From: an uncultured Verrucomicrobiae bacterium
GTDB taxonomy: Bacteria; Verrucomicrobiota; Verrucomicrobiia; Chthoniobacterales; UBA10450
Length of the DNA: 64,000 nucleotides
Reading direction: 5' to 3'
Assembly: GCA_963735805.1 (NCBI GenBank)
Contig: CAVTMK010000004.1
Span: 448,001 to 512,000, forward strand
In this document: positions 19,528-30,875 of the stretch, in pieces
Layout of the letters: the number at the start of each line of letters is the position of its first letter
Numbering within the stretch: position 1 is the first letter of the stretch
Program-made: the position numbers and the translations under genes
The notes under the pieces: model-generated
Database searches by the model: none
What the model was told of the DNA's origin: nothing
The model's input: only the letters and a program-made list of their open reading frames with translations

Positions 19528-19634
19528 GTTACGCTCCACTACGGATTCGCTTAGCGCCAAACAGGCGGCTTTATCAAAAATCAAAGCTGTATGCGTTTGA
19601 TGGCGAAAGACCGATTTTGATCCGATCATATGCG

Positions 19635-20297
19635 ATGCTCTACATCGTCGCCACGCCTATTGGCAATTTGGGCGACATTACCCTGCGCGCGCTGGAGGTC
19701 CTAAAGTCGGTTGATCTGGTTGCCGCTGAGGACACACGGCATTCCGGAATGTTGCTGAAACATTTCGGAGTCAAGAAAGCTTTGATCAGCTACCATGCCC
19801 ATAACGAAGCGATGCGCACGTCGCAGCTCATCGAGCGCCTCGCTCAAGGCGAAAGCATTGCCCTGATTACCGATGCTGGAACACCAGGCCTGTCCGATCC
19901 GGGTGCGCGACTCGTCCGCGAATGCATTAAACGTGAAGTCCCCTTTACGATCATTCCCGGGCCATCATCGATCGTCACCGCTCTCGTTGGTTCCGGATTT
20001 TTGAACGAGAGGTTTTCTTTCCGCGGATTTCTTCCTAGTAAAAGTGGACAACGCGCGCGCGAGTTGGGAGCCGCCGCTGAATCCGGTGAAACAGTAATTT
20101 TCTTTGAGTCTCCTTATCGATTAACGAAGACGCTCAGCGCCTGTAGCAATATCATGGCAGATCGGCAGCTTTGCGTCGCCCGAGAGTTGACAAAAAAATT
20201 CGAGGAATTTCGGCGCGGCACTGCCAGTGAACTTCTTGCGCATTACGAAGCGCACAGGCCGAAGGGCGAGATCGTGCTCGTGATTTCCGCCCCATAA
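19635..20297 (+). CDS. rsmI: 16S rRNA C1402 2'-O-methyltransferase RsmI
   Basis: MLYIVATPIGNLGDITLRA; AAEDTR; DAGTPGLSDPG; FFESPYR; ARELTKKFEE; KGEIV. Confidence 0.95.
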   Translation: MLYIVATPIGNLGDITLRALEVLKSVDLVAAEDTRHSGMLLKHFGVKKALISYHAHNEAMRTSQLIERLAQGESIALITDAGTPGLSDPGARLVRECIKREVPFTIIPGPSSIVTALVGSGFLNERFSFRGFLPSKSGQRARELGAAAESGETVIFFESPYRLTKTLSACSNIMADRQLCVARELTKKFEEFRRGTASELLAHYEAHRPKGEIVLVISAP

Positions 20298-20597
20298 ATG
20301 GTCTCAGCGCCTGCAGAGGAGAATTGCCAACTGCCTGAGACGCGAACCGCCGAGTGGCTTTTGCGAATAAACGAGATCACACCGCCGTCAAACTTTATCA
20401 CTAAATCAGCGTATACACTGTGGAACAATGCAACCTGAGTTCGCCTCCACCAATAATTTCGAGCGTTGTCGCGATTTTGTCGGATTCCCAGTCTCGTTTC
20501 CTCTTCCCGCCGGCGCAGCCAACCATGCTTCAAGAGCTCGCGCGCCAATAACCGAACTTTCACAAACAAAGGCACCGTGCGCAGCGATTATCATGTA

Positions 20598-21824
20598 ATG
20601 ACCCGCTTACTTTGGTTGCTCAGGCCTTTACTCGCGGGACTCATCATTACCCTGCTGCAACTTGCGATGGCGATGGGCCTTCTCGCGCCGGAAGGCTCTT
20701 TTTCGGACCGCTACGCCACGCTGATCCAGCACGACAGCTATTGGTTCATGAACATCGTAGATCGCGGATACCAAACCATCGTCCCACCCGTCGATCACAA
20801 GGTAATGGAAGTATCAAACGTCGCATTTTTTCCAGCTTATCCTGCGATTGCGGCTGCGTTTCGCTATGGACTCAATATCAGCACCGGCACAGCCTTGCTA
20901 ATCACTGCTCAACTCGCTGCCTGGGGGCTCTGGAGTTATTTTTTTCTATTTTGCAGGCGTTGGAATATTTCGCCTGCGCTCCAAATTTGCGCCGCATTAT
21001 TAATCGCCGCGCATCCCGCAGCGTTTTTTCTGATTGCCGGTTATTCAGAATCGTTGTTCTTGATGGCGCTATTTGGTTTTATTTATTGGAGCTCTGCCGC
21101 AGGGCGATCTGCGAAAGTCTTGGCAATCGCACACGGCATCTTAATGTCGGCGACGCGGATTGTCGGAATTGTGTGTGCGGCATTTCCGCTGGTGCGCTCG
21201 GTTTTCCAAACTGGATGGCACAGTTTACTTGAGCCGAGGCGGTGGTGGCGCAAGGAAAAGCCGGCGATCTTTACGACGCTGGTGGCAAGTTTCGGCGCCG
21301 TAGGGTTCTTCACTTATTCTCAATTGCGCTGGGGCCATTGGGATATTTATATGCTGACCCAGGCAGCCGGTTGGGGAATTGTTCCCGATTATCTGGCGGT
21401 GTTTAAGCCTGCCAGCTATCGTTGGTTCGTTCCGGCACTGGACGATCCGACTCAGGCGAGTCAAATGTCAATGACGTTGGGAGCGGTGCTTTTTGCTGGT
21501 ATCGCCCTTTGCGAACTGCTTCCGGCAATTCGACGGACGGCCGATTTACCTGTTCGAGCTGGCATCTATTTCTGCGCGTTTGTGATCTATTATCTCTCCG
21601 TTAGCGGAGTGGCCTGCGTCGATATGGAAAGCATGCTGCGTTACGAATTTTGCGTGCACGCGTTGATCGTGCTGGCGTTATTAAATTTTCTGAGGCAATT
21701 TCGTATGCCACCGGCGTTCGTTAGGGGGTTCGGTATCGCGGTAGTCGCGCTGCTCAGCGCTGCTGGACTGTGCGTACAGGGCTGGTACATATGGAATTTC
21801 ACCCGGGGCAATTGGGTTGCATAG
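20598..21824 (+). CDS. Polytopic GT-C-fold glycosyltransferase (PIG-V/mannosyltransferase-like)
   Basis: QHDSYWFMNIVDRGY, NVAFFPAYP, AGYSESLF, ATRIVG; about 10 TM helices; likely ATG at 20598. Confidence 0.72.
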   Translation: MTRLLWLLRPLLAGLIITLLQLAMAMGLLAPEGSFSDRYATLIQHDSYWFMNIVDRGYQTIVPPVDHKVMEVSNVAFFPAYPAIAAAFRYGLNISTGTALLITAQLAAWGLWSYFFLFCRRWNISPALQICAALLIAAHPAAFFLIAGYSESLFLMALFGFIYWSSAAGRSAKVLAIAHGILMSATRIVGIVCAAFPLVRSVFQTGWHSLLEPRRWWRKEKPAIFTTLVASFGAVGFFTYSQLRWGHWDIYMLTQAAGWGIVPDYLAVFKPASYRWFVPALDDPTQASQMSMTLGAVLFAGIALCELLPAIRRTADLPVRAGIYFCAFVIYYLSVSGVACVDMESMLRYEFCVHALIVLALLNFLRQFRMPPAFVRGFGIAVVALLSAAGLCVQGWYIWNFTRGNWVA

Positions 21825-21830
21825 AAGAAG

Positions 21831-23351
21831 ATGAAAGCAAGAGTCGTCATTATTGGTGCGGGACCGGCGGGTCTAACGGCGGGCTATCTTCTATCAAAGG
21901 AGGAGGTCGATGTTGTTGTCCTCGAGGCTGATCCTCTTTATGTCGGTGGAATCTCGCGTACCGTTACTTACAAGGGTTTTCACTTCGATATCGGCGGGCA
22001 TCGTTTCTTTTCCAAGTCAAAGGCAATCGAAGATCTATGGACCGAGATTTTGCCTAACGACATGCTCGTGCGGCCGCGGTCGTCGCGGATTTTTTACGAC
22101 GGACAATTCTTCTCCTATCCGCTGAAACCGTTCGAAGCTCTCCTCAAGCTGGGAATTTTCAGGTCAACGCTCTGTCTTCTTTCGTGGATGAAGGCGCGCC
22201 TGTTCCGTGTGCACAATCCACGCAATTTTGAAGAGTGGGTAAGCAATCAATTCGGCAAACGCCTTTTCAACACATTTTTCAAAAGTTACACCGAAAAGGT
22301 TTGGGGTATGAGCTGCAAGGAAATTTCCGCCGACTGGGCTGCGCAGCGGATCAAGGGACTTTCGCTCGGAAGCGCGATCAGAAATGCGCTTATTCCACAG
22401 CGCTATAATGGCGATCGAACGAGGGTAATTAAAACGCTGATTAATTCGTTTCGCTATCCTCGGAGAGGCCCCGGCATGATGTGGGAGGCCTGCGCAGAAA
22501 AATTGAAAGCGCTAGGCGGCCGGCTGGAGATGGCCTGCAGAGTCACCCGCTGCTCTTACGATGAAATCACTGGAACCTGGGCCATTGAATATAAAGATCG
22601 CGAAGATGACTTAAAGACCGTCGAAGCCGAACACATCATTTCCTCTGCCCCCATGAGGGAATTGGTCTGCGGATTATCGCCGAAAGTGAGTGAGAGAACA
22701 AAGCAGGCTGCAAATAGCCTGAAGTATCGCGATTTCCTCACGGTGATGTTGATTTTGAAAGACCGACAGATGTTTGATGACAACTGGATCTACATTCACG
22801 ATCCGAGCGTTAAGGTTGGTCGCGTTCAAAACTTCCGTTCCTGGTCGCCGGAGATGGTGCCTGAGCCGGACAAGGTTTGTTACGGTCTCGAATACTTCTG
22901 TTTCGAACACGACGGTCTGTGGGATTCGAGCGATCCTGACTTGATTGAGCTCGCCAAGCGCGAACTCGTTAAGATCGGGCTGGCCAGGGAAGGGGACTTC
23001 CTGGATGGTTGCGTTGTTCGCCAGAAAAAAGCGTATCCCGTTTACGACGACGATTACGCGCGGCATGTCGCCACGATCCGCCAAGAATTGGACACGCGTT
23101 ATCCGAACCTGCATTTGGTCGGCCGCAACGGGATGCATAAATACAACAACCAGGACCATGCCATGATGACCGCTATGTTGTGCGCAGAAAATATTGTCGC
23201 CGACACCAAGCTTTACGATCTCTGGCAAGTAAATAGTGACGCCGAATATCACGAAGCTGGTCCCGCTGCGGGCGAAGAAACAAACGGCTCTGGGTTACGG
23301 TTGGTTCCCACACGCGTCGTCGCTGCTCCCGAACTCGCTCCCGAGGGGTAA
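21831..23351 (+). CDS. FAD-dependent oxidoreductase (UDP-galactopyranose mutase / protoporphyrinogen oxidase-like family)
   Basis: [52 protein letters not shown]. Confidence 0.8.
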   Translation: MKARVVIIGAGPAGLTAGYLLSKEEVDVVVLEADPLYVGGISRTVTYKGFHFDIGGHRFFSKSKAIEDLWTEILPNDMLVRPRSSRIFYDGQFFSYPLKPFEALLKLGIFRSTLCLLSWMKARLFRVHNPRNFEEWVSNQFGKRLFNTFFKSYTEKVWGMSCKEISADWAAQRIKGLSLGSAIRNALIPQRYNGDRTRVIKTLINSFRYPRRGPGMMWEACAEKLKALGGRLEMACRVTRCSYDEITGTWAIEYKDREDDLKTVEAEHIISSAPMRELVCGLSPKVSERTKQAANSLKYRDFLTVMLILKDRQMFDDNWIYIHDPSVKVGRVQNFRSWSPEMVPEPDKVCYGLEYFCFEHDGLWDSSDPDLIELAKRELVKIGLAREGDFLDGCVVRQKKAYPVYDDDYARHVATIRQELDTRYPNLHLVGRNGMHKYNNQDHAMMTAMLCAENIVADTKLYDLWQVNSDAEYHEAGPAAGEETNGSGLRLVPTRVVAAPELAPEG

Positions 23352-23450
23352 CGCACATTTTCTTGGTACATGTTTCCAGCCAGGCGCTGCGAACCGATAG
23401 ACTGTTTCGGCGCGACGCCGAAACAAACACGCGGGATGCGCGTGCTACCC
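23346..23450. repeat. Degenerate REP/REPIN-like inverted-repeat element between convergent genes
   Basis: Ends gggtaacgcac... and ...gcgtgctaccc; internal hairpin tgtttcggcg-cga-cgccgaaaca. Confidence 0.65.
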
Positions 23451-26384
23451 GTTCGGAACGTCTTCGATCGGTGGACAAGAACAGAAAAGATTTCGATCCC
23501 CGTAGACGTTGTCGATTCTACCAACGGTTGGCCAGAATTTGTGCTCAAGTGTCCAAGGCGCGGGAAAAGCTGCTTGCTCGCGTGTGTAGGGACGGTCCCA
23601 ATTTTGTGACGCGATTTGCCGCGCGGTGTGCGGCGCGTTTTTCAAGATATTCTTTTCGCGATCCATCGTTCCTGTGGCAACCGCTTCAATTTCGGCGTGA
23701 ATGGAGATCATCGCGTCGCAAAAGCGGTCGAGCTCGTGCTTGGGTTCACTCTCGGTTGGCTCGATCATCATCGTTCCGGCGACCGGCCAGGAGACTGTTG
23801 GCGCATGAAATCCGTAGTCCATCAACCGTTTCGCTACGTCTTCCACCTCGATGTCTGCACTCTTCCATTGGCGAAGATCGACGATGCACTCATGGGCGAC
23901 GAGCCCGCGTTTGCCTTTAAAAAGCACGGGGAAATAAGGATCGAGCCGTTTCGCGATGTAATTGGCGTTTAAAATCGCAATCTCGCTCGCCCGTTTCAAT
24001 CCTTCAGCGCCCATCATACAAATGTACATCCACGTAATCGTCAGAATGCTGGCGCTACCGTACGGTGCGGCAGCCACGTTGCCTCCGTTGCCTCCGCCGT
24101 GGTGATAATCAGAGCCGCTGCCAATCGGTGGACGTTTGCCCCGGTCTCCGTCGCCAAACAGAACTCGACCGGTCTCCGGATCGAGAATGAATTCTCGCGG
24201 AAGATATGGAACGAGATGTCTGGCCACGCCAATCGGTCCGACGCCTGGCCCGCCGCCGCCGTGTGGGATGCAAAATGTTTTGTGCAAATTTAAATGACAA
24301 ACGTCGGCGCCGTAGTCGCCAGGGCGACATAGACCGACCTGCGCATTCATATTGGCGCCGTCCATGTAAACCTGGCCGCCGTGCCCGTGCACAATGTCAC
24401 AAATTTCGCGGATTGTCGGTTCGAACACACCGTGTGTGGAAGGATAGGTCACCATCAACGCAGCCAGGTCGTGCGCGTGTTCGTCGGCCTTGGCTCGGAG
24501 ATCAGCGAGATCGATATCTCCATCTTTTAAGCAGGCAACTGAAACAACCTTAAAACCGGCCATGATCGCGCTGGCCGGGTTCGTGCCATGGGCCGAAGTC
24601 GGAATGAGGCAAACATTGCGATGGGATTCACCGCGCGACGCGTGATACTCGCGGATCGCCAGCAAGCCTGCATATTCGCCCTGCGATCCGGCATTAGGCT
24701 GCAATGAAATGGCGTCGAATCCCGTGATTTCGGCAAGCCAGTTTTCGAGCTGTTTGCACATATCGGCATAACCGGCTGTCTGTTCTGCAGGCGCGAACGG
24801 ATGCAGTTTGGAAATTTCCGGCCACGAAATCGGAAACATTTCCGCTGTGGCATTTAATTTCATCGTGCACGAACCGAGCGGGATCATCGAAGTCGTCAGC
24901 GAAAGGTCGCGGGATTCGAGCTTCTTGAGATAACGCAGCATTTCTGTCTCCGTGTCGTGCGTGTTGAACACCGGATGAGTCAGAATCTCGGAACGGCGGA
25001 TTGCGGATTGCGGAATGCGAATTGGAGGCTCGCCGAAGTCATCCTCGCCCAGGTCGCGCACGTGTGTACCGCGAAAGACCGATATCAACAGTTCGATGTC
25101 ACGCGGAGTTGTCGTTTCGTCGAATGAAATGCCGACCGCGTGCGAGCCGAACGCGCGCAGATTGCACTCCGCCTTTTGTGCATGCTCTAAAATAAGCGCG
25201 CTCGATTCGACTTCGACGCGGACCGTGTCGAAGAAATTTTCGTGCGTGATTTTCAAGCCGAGTCCACACAGACCATCTGCAAGTTGACTTGTCAGGCCAT
25301 GGACGCGTTCGGCGATTGCCCACAAGCCTCTGGGACCATGATACACGGCGTACATCGAGGCGATGACAGCCAGAAGAACCTGCGCCGTGCAAATGTTGCT
25401 CGTGGCTTTATGCCGACGGATGTGTTGCTCGCGCGTTTGCAACGCGAGTCGGTACGCGGGTCGCCCTTCAGCATCGTGTGAAACGCCCACGAGCCGCCCG
25501 GGCATATGACGCTTGTATTGATCGCGCGTGGCGAAAAACGCTGCGTGCGGTCCGCCAAATCCAAGGGGCACGCCGAAGCGCTGCGTGCTACCAACCGCAA
25601 CATCGGCGCCGAACTCTCCTGGAGGTTTTAATAGCGTTAGCGCCAGGATGTCGGCCGCGACTACGACAAGCGCGCCGGCATCGTGCGCATGCTGTATGAA
25701 ATCCGTGTAATCGTAAATCGCACCATCGGTAGCGGGATATTGGACCAGTGCGCCAAAAACGGTTTTATCGAATTTGAAGCGCGAGTAATCGCCGATCTTA
25801 ATCTCAATCCCCAACGGCTTGGCGCGTGTTTGCACAACAGCGATCGTTTGCGGGTGACAATTGTCGGCAACAAAAAAAGTTTTGCGGTTCGGAACGGCCG
25901 CATGGCAAAGCGCCATCGCTTCGGCGGCGGCGGTGGCTTCATCGAGGAGCGACGCGTTTGCAATGTCGAGCGCAGTCAGGTCCATGATCATTTGCTGAAA
26001 ATTAAGGAGCGCCTCCAGCCGGCCTTGCGCGAGCTCAGCCTGATAAGGGGTATAAGCGGTGTACCAACCCGGGTTTTCGAGAATGTTTCGCTGAATGACG
26101 GGTGGCGTGATGCAGTCCGAATAACCACAGCCGATGAATGAGCGCGTGACCTTGTTCTTCCTGGAAATGGACCGAAGCTCGGCCAGCGCGTCGATCTCTG
26201 ATTTGGCTTCCGGCAGGTTTATTTGTCGATTCAGCCGGATATTTCTTGGAACGGTGGCATCGATAAGGGAATCGAGATTTTCGAAACCGAGCTCGTTCAA
26301 CATGGCGCGCACTTCGTCGTTGTTCGGGCCAATGTGACGGCGCGCGAATGAATTCGAGTCACTGGTTTTCTCACGCCGTTGCAT
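23445..26384 (-). CDS. gcvP: Glycine dehydrogenase (decarboxylating), glycine cleavage P protein
   Basis: [62 protein letters not shown] (PLP Lys); [11 protein letters not shown]. Confidence 0.97.
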   Translation of the reverse strand: MQRREKTSDSNSFARRHIGPNNDEVRAMLNELGFENLDSLIDATVPRNIRLNRQINLPEAKSEIDALAELRSISRKNKVTRSFIGCGYSDCITPPVIQRNILENPGWYTAYTPYQAELAQGRLEALLNFQQMIMDLTALDIANASLLDEATAAAEAMALCHAAVPNRKTFFVADNCHPQTIAVVQTRAKPLGIEIKIGDYSRFKFDKTVFGALVQYPATDGAIYDYTDFIQHAHDAGALVVVAADILALTLLKPPGEFGADVAVGSTQRFGVPLGFGGPHAAFFATRDQYKRHMPGRLVGVSHDAEGRPAYRLALQTREQHIRRHKATSNICTAQVLLAVIASMYAVYHGPRGLWAIAERVHGLTSQLADGLCGLGLKITHENFFDTVRVEVESSALILEHAQKAECNLRAFGSHAVGISFDETTTPRDIELLISVFRGTHVRDLGEDDFGEPPIRIPQSAIRRSEILTHPVFNTHDTETEMLRYLKKLESRDLSLTTSMIPLGSCTMKLNATAEMFPISWPEISKLHPFAPAEQTAGYADMCKQLENWLAEITGFDAISLQPNAGSQGEYAGLLAIREYHASRGESHRNVCLIPTSAHGTNPASAIMAGFKVVSVACLKDGDIDLADLRAKADEHAHDLAALMVTYPSTHGVFEPTIREICDIVHGHGGQVYMDGANMNAQVGLCRPGDYGADVCHLNLHKTFCIPHGGGGPGVGPIGVARHLVPYLPREFILDPETGRVLFGDGDRGKRPPIGSGSDYHHGGGNGGNVAAAPYGSASILTITWMYICMMGAEGLKRASEIAILNANYIAKRLDPYFPVLFKGKRGLVAHECIVDLRQWKSADIEVEDVAKRLMDYGFHAPTVSWPVAGTMMIEPTESEPKHELDRFCDAMISIHAEIEAVATGTMDREKNILKNAPHTARQIASQNWDRPYTREQAAFPAPWTLEHKFWPTVGRIDNVYGDRNLFCSCPPIEDVPNG

Positions 26385-26461
26385 GGGAGCAGACTACGGA
26401 AAGCGAATCGTGCTTCAAGTCGGGCTCAGGTAGGGCGATTGAGCTCAATCGCCCATCCTTT

Positions 26462-27673
26462 TTAGGTCGCTTCGTGAATTTCCACGCCACGGCTTTTCAA
26501 CAGGGCGCGCAGCTCAGCCAGGTGTTGATGATTGCGGGTTTCGACCGTGCAAAGAACGTTCACGGCTGAGACATCCGGGCTGGCGAACGCACGGTCGTGA
26601 ACGACTTGTTTAACACTTGCTCCAGTCGAAGCAATCTGCGCTGCCAGTTCAGCCAGGCCACCGGGTCGATCGCTAATCACGGCGGTGAATCGTCCCAGTC
26701 GTCCATCCGCAACGAGGCCGCTTTCAATTACCCGGCTTAGAACGTTCGGGTCGATGTTGCCGCCGCAGAGCAAAAGGACCACTCGCTTGCCGGCGAGGTC
26801 TTTTACCTTTCCGGACATGCATGCTGCCAGTGGTGTGGCCGCGGCTCCTTCCACGACACTTTTTTCTAATTCAACCAGGCGAAGAATCGCCAGAGCGATC
26901 TCTTGTTCAGTCACGGTGATGGTCAGATCGACGAGCGATCGCGCAATCTGAAACGCATTCCCGCCGACCTGTGGAATTGCGAGTCCATCTGCGAGCGTCG
27001 GATACATTTCAATCTTCGTCGGTTTGCCGGCTTCAAGCGCGGCTGAAAAGCTCGCCACGTTCTGGGCTTCGACGGCGATGATTTTCGCGTTCGGTCGCAG
27101 GGTCTTTACGGCAAGTGAAACGCCGGCGAGCAAACCCGCGCCGCCTACAGGAACAACTACCGCCTGAAGATCGGGAATTTGTTCGACGATCTCGAGACCC
27201 ATCGTTCCCTGGCCCGCAATGATCGCCGGATCATCGTAGCCGTCGATGTAGGCCAGGCCTCGTTCCTTCGCGATCCTGTGCGCATACGTCTTTGCTTCGC
27301 CGAAATCCTTTCCGTGCAAAACGACCGTAGCGCCGAGGTTCTGGCAGTTACTTACTTTAATGAGGGGCGAAAATTGCGGCATCACGACCGTTGCCGGTAT
27401 GCCAAGTAACCTGCCCTGATAGGCGAGCGCTTGGGCATGGTTGCCGGCAGAAGCGGCGATGACCCCGCGCTTCTGCTGGTCGGACGGCAGTTGCGCGAGG
27501 GCATTGCGCGCACCGCGTTCCTTAAAGCTTCCGGTGCGCTGCAAGTTGTCCAGCTTGCAGAAGATTTCCATGCCCGTGATTTCACTGAGCGGGATGGAGG
27601 GTGGACAAGGCGAATAATAAACTGCGCCCTTTATACGTTTGCGCGCCGCTTCGATGTCCTGAAATGTGACCAA
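26462..27673 (-). CDS. ilvA: Threonine/serine ammonia-lyase with C-terminal ACT domain
   Basis: TTG start 5 nt after the ppdK stop; LQRTGSFKERGA; ASAGNHAQ; PVGGAGL; GGNID; ACT motif ISDRPGGL. Confidence 0.88.
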   Translation of the reverse strand: MVTFQDIEAARKRIKGAVYYSPCPPSIPLSEITGMEIFCKLDNLQRTGSFKERGARNALAQLPSDQQKRGVIAASAGNHAQALAYQGRLLGIPATVVMPQFSPLIKVSNCQNLGATVVLHGKDFGEAKTYAHRIAKERGLAYIDGYDDPAIIAGQGTMGLEIVEQIPDLQAVVVPVGGAGLLAGVSLAVKTLRPNAKIIAVEAQNVASFSAALEAGKPTKIEMYPTLADGLAIPQVGGNAFQIARSLVDLTITVTEQEIALAILRLVELEKSVVEGAAATPLAACMSGKVKDLAGKRVVLLLCGGNIDPNVLSRVIESGLVADGRLGRFTAVISDRPGGLAELAAQIASTGASVKQVVHDRAFASPDVSAVNVLCTVETRNHQHLAELRALLKSRGVEIHEAT

Positions 27674-27677
27674 GCCT

Positions 27678-30482
27678 TTAAGTCTCGAGTGCTGCTTGTG
27701 CTGCTGCCAATCGGGCAATCGGAATGCGGAACGGGCTGCAACTGACGTAATCCAGGCCCAGCCGGTGACAAAACTTGACGCTCGCGGGCTCGCCACCGTG
27801 TTCGCCGCAAATTCCCAGTTTGATATTTGGCCTCGTCTTGCGTCCGAAGTCGCGAGTTATTTCCATCAGGCGACCCACGCCTTTCTGATCGATCGAGGCG
27901 AAAGGATTTGAATCGACGATATCAAGCTCGGCGTAAGCGGGGAGAAAGCTTCCTGAATCGTCCCGGCTCATTCCCAGCGTCGTTTGGGTAAGATCGTTTG
28001 TGCCGAAACTAAAAAACTCGGCATCTCGCGCGATCTGATCCGCAACAAGCGCGGCGCGTGGAATTTCAATCATTGTTCCGACAAGATAATTGAATTTTGT
28101 CCCCTTTTCCTTTGCCACCTCAACGGCAACGCGCCGGACGATGTCGATTTGGAGCTTTAGCTCGCGCGGGAATCCAACGAGCGGAATCATGATTTCGGGG
28201 CGGACCTTAATTCCCTTGGCCTGCACCTCGGCAGCGGCTTCAAAAATGGCGCGTGCCTGCATCTCGGAAATTTCCGGATAAACGATGCCCAGGCGGCAGC
28301 CTCGGTGACCGAGCATGGGATTAAACTCGTGCAGCTCATGCACGCGGCGCGCGATTTGTTCAACTTCGACGCCGAGCTTGTTTGCAAGTTCGTTTTGCTG
28401 CGTGTGATCAGCCGGCAAAAATTCGTGAAGGGGTGGATCGAGAAAGCGAATCGTGGCAGGCAGACCCTTTAACGCTGTGAAGATGCCAATGAAATCGTTG
28501 CGCTGATAAGGAAGCAGTTTTGCCAGAGCACGCGCCCGCTCAGCCGTCGTTCCAGCGAGAATCATCTCTCGCATAGCATCAATCCGGTCGCCTTCAAAGA
28601 ACATATGCTCCGTGCGACAGAGCCCAATGCCTTCGGCACCGAATGCAACCGCGTTTGCCACCTGTTCCGGTGTATCCGCATTGGTGCGCACGCCGAGAAT
28701 GCGGAATTCATCGGTCCATTTCATCAGTTTTGCGTACTCCCGATAAGTGAGGCTCTTCTTCGGGTCCAGAGAGCGATCGATGAGTACCTGCACGATTTCC
28801 GACGGCGCAGTTGCGACTTCACCAGCAAACACTTCTCCGGCCGTTCCATCGATGGAGATGTAATCGCCGCGATTCAAGGTTGTGCCGTTGGCGCTGAGTG
28901 TGCGTTTCTGGTAATCGATTTGAATCCCAGTCGCGCCGCAGACACACACCTTTCCCATTTGCCGCGCAACGAGGGCCGCATGCGAAGAAACGCCGCCACG
29001 TGAAGTTAAGATGCCTTCCGCCGCGATCATGCCGCGAAGGTCCTCCGGTGATGTCTCAATGCGCGCCAGCACGACTTTCTCGCCCTTCTCTGAGCGCATC
29101 ACAGCTTCCTCCGCGTTAAAAACAACGTGGCCACAAGCAGCACCGGGTCCGGCGGCCAGACCGGTGCCGATCTTTTTCGCTTGTTTGGCGGATTGTCGAT
29201 CGAAAACCGGAGCCAGGAGATGAGCCAGCGAATCGGCCGGGATCCGGCGCACCGCATCTTTTTTCGTAATCAATTTTTCGCCGACCATATCGACCGCAAT
29301 ACGGACGGCAGCATGGCCGGTGCGTTTACCGTTGCGAGTTTGCAAAATGTAAAGGCGATTTTCCTCCACAGTGAATTCCAGGTCCTGCATGTCCTTGAAG
29401 TGACGTTCCAGGATTGCGCGGACTTTCATCAATTCTTTGTGGGCCGCAGGCATTTCCCCGGCCAGATCGGCAATTGGATGAGGCGTGCGCACGCCCGCGA
29501 CCACGTCTTCGCCCTGGGCGTTGATCAGATATTCGCCGTAAAAAGCTTTTTCGCCGGTCGCCGGATCGCGTGTAAAGGCGACTCCGGTTGCGCTTGTTTC
29601 GCCCATGTTTCCGAAGACCATCGTCTGTACATTCACGGCTGTTCCCCAGTCGTGCGGGATACCGTATTTCCGGCGGTAAACCATCGCGCGATCGTTCATC
29701 CATGATCCAAAAACCGCCCCGATTGCGCCCCAAAGCTGCGCTTGCGGATCTTGCGGAAAAGATTTTCCAGTGCGTTCTTTGATTAATCCTTTGAACCGTT
29801 GCACCAACTCCTTGAGATCAGCGACCGTCAATCTGACATCCGGGAAGTCGTGCTTGCCGTAGCGTTCATCTTTTAGATGCTCGATCACGGCCTCGAACGG
29901 TTCGTGGTCTTCGCCTGGTCGCTTCTGAACTCCCATGACCACGTCTCCGTACATTTGCAGGAAACGTCGATACGAATCCCAGGCGAAACGCGCATTGTTC
30001 GTTTTTTTCGCGACGATCTCAACGACCTGGTCGTTCATCCCAAGGTTCAGGATGGTGTCCATCATTCCGGGCATGGAATCCCGAGCCCCCGATCTTACGG
30101 ACACGAGTAAAGGCCGTTCTTTATCGCCAAATTTCTTTCCCACCGAGTTTTCGACTTTTGCCAGAGCCGCCGCGACCTCCTCCTCCAATTCTCGCGGATA
30201 AGTCCGGTTATGAGTGTAAAAGTGAGTGCATACATCGGTGGTAATGGTGAATCCCGGCGGCACAGGGAGCCCGATTCGTGTCATTTCGTGGAGATTCGCG
30301 CCTTTGCCACCCAGCAGCGATTTCATGCCACCCGATCCGTCCGCGCGACCGTCGCCAAAATAATAAACATAGCGCGTTTTTCGCGCTTTTTTTACGTGAG
30401 CGTGCCGACTCGGCTGCAATTTCGGTCTTTTTGATGTGCGCCGAGGTGATTTTCGAACCGCAGGTTTACGTCTTTTGGCCAT
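27678..30482 (-). CDS. ppdK: Pyruvate, phosphate dikinase
   Basis: [74 protein letters not shown]. Confidence 0.98.
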   Translation of the reverse strand: MAKRRKPAVRKSPRRTSKRPKLQPSRHAHVKKARKTRYVYYFGDGRADGSGGMKSLLGGKGANLHEMTRIGLPVPPGFTITTDVCTHFYTHNRTYPRELEEEVAAALAKVENSVGKKFGDKERPLLVSVRSGARDSMPGMMDTILNLGMNDQVVEIVAKKTNNARFAWDSYRRFLQMYGDVVMGVQKRPGEDHEPFEAVIEHLKDERYGKHDFPDVRLTVADLKELVQRFKGLIKERTGKSFPQDPQAQLWGAIGAVFGSWMNDRAMVYRRKYGIPHDWGTAVNVQTMVFGNMGETSATGVAFTRDPATGEKAFYGEYLINAQGEDVVAGVRTPHPIADLAGEMPAAHKELMKVRAILERHFKDMQDLEFTVEENRLYILQTRNGKRTGHAAVRIAVDMVGEKLITKKDAVRRIPADSLAHLLAPVFDRQSAKQAKKIGTGLAAGPGAACGHVVFNAEEAVMRSEKGEKVVLARIETSPEDLRGMIAAEGILTSRGGVSSHAALVARQMGKVCVCGATGIQIDYQKRTLSANGTTLNRGDYISIDGTAGEVFAGEVATAPSEIVQVLIDRSLDPKKSLTYREYAKLMKWTDEFRILGVRTNADTPEQVANAVAFGAEGIGLCRTEHMFFEGDRIDAMREMILAGTTAERARALAKLLPYQRNDFIGIFTALKGLPATIRFLDPPLHEFLPADHTQQNELANKLGVEVEQIARRVHELHEFNPMLGHRGCRLGIVYPEISEMQARAIFEAAAEVQAKGIKVRPEIMIPLVGFPRELKLQIDIVRRVAVEVAKEKGTKFNYLVGTMIEIPRAALVADQIARDAEFFSFGTNDLTQTTLGMSRDDSGSFLPAYAELDIVDSNPFASIDQKGVGRLMEITRDFGRKTRPNIKLGICGEHGGEPASVKFCHRLGLDYVSCSPFRIPIARLAAAQAALET

Positions 30483-30521
30483 ACTTAATGAATGGAAAAA
30501 TCGACAAGGAACGGAAGGGCC

Positions 30522-30549
30522 AAAGTAGTTTCGGGCGTCGCTCTGTCAA
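30522..30549 (-). promoter_or_regulatory. Putative sigma70 promoter for ppdK
   Basis: Minus strand TTGACA-16 nt-TACTTT, about 40 nt upstream of the ppdK ATG. Confidence 0.55.
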
Positions 30550-30665
30550 CGATCCCGCGAGCAGATCAGATTGGACCCAAGCGCATGTTGCAAGGAGGCA
30601 AATGGTAGAGATCCAACGCTGTGCCGCCGGTCGTCACAGGAAGACGACCCTATCTTGGGCAGGGG

Positions 30666-30875
30666 TTAAGCTGGTGCACCTTCGTTGTTCGTCAGAACTT
30701 CAGCAATTGTGGCGGTAAAGTCATCGACGCCCGTACTCGGCACGATGATGCTGTTGCGGCGCCCATGAGCTTCTTCCGTGATGCGCAAGAATCTCCCGCG
30801 CTCGTTTTCTCGGAGCTCCACGTAGAAATGCTTACGCTCAATTTGCAGTTCTTTCGCCTCGATGATGTTATCCAT
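30666..30875 (-). CDS. PUR-alpha/DUF3276-like ssDNA/RNA-binding protein
   Basis: KELQIERKHFYVELRENERGRFLRITE..GRRNSIIVP matches a single PUR repeat. Confidence 0.85.
   Translation of the reverse strand: MDNIIEAKELQIERKHFYVELRENERGRFLRITEEAHGRRNSIIVPSTGVDDFTATIAEVLTNNEGAPA

Noticed and set aside
20320..20410. Glycine-riboswitch-like words (GGAGAGA...ACCGCCGA)
   Set aside because: Lacks the CCGAAG and CUCAGG core and is not upstream of gcv genes; an Infernal/Rfam scan would settle it.
23363..23920. 185-aa plus-strand ORF
   Set aside because: Made of the translated REP-like element plus gcvP antisense.
27674..27796. N-terminal extension of the threonine dehydratase ORF
   Set aside because: Overlaps the ppdK 3' end; homology starts at the TTG at 27673.
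30597..30650. c-di-GMP-I (GEMM)-like start GGCAAA..GAGA..ACGC plus a hairpin
   Set aside because: The conserved GCAAAG and tetraloop receptor are missing, and it points into the 3' end of a convergent gene; more likely a simple hairpin after the PUR gene.
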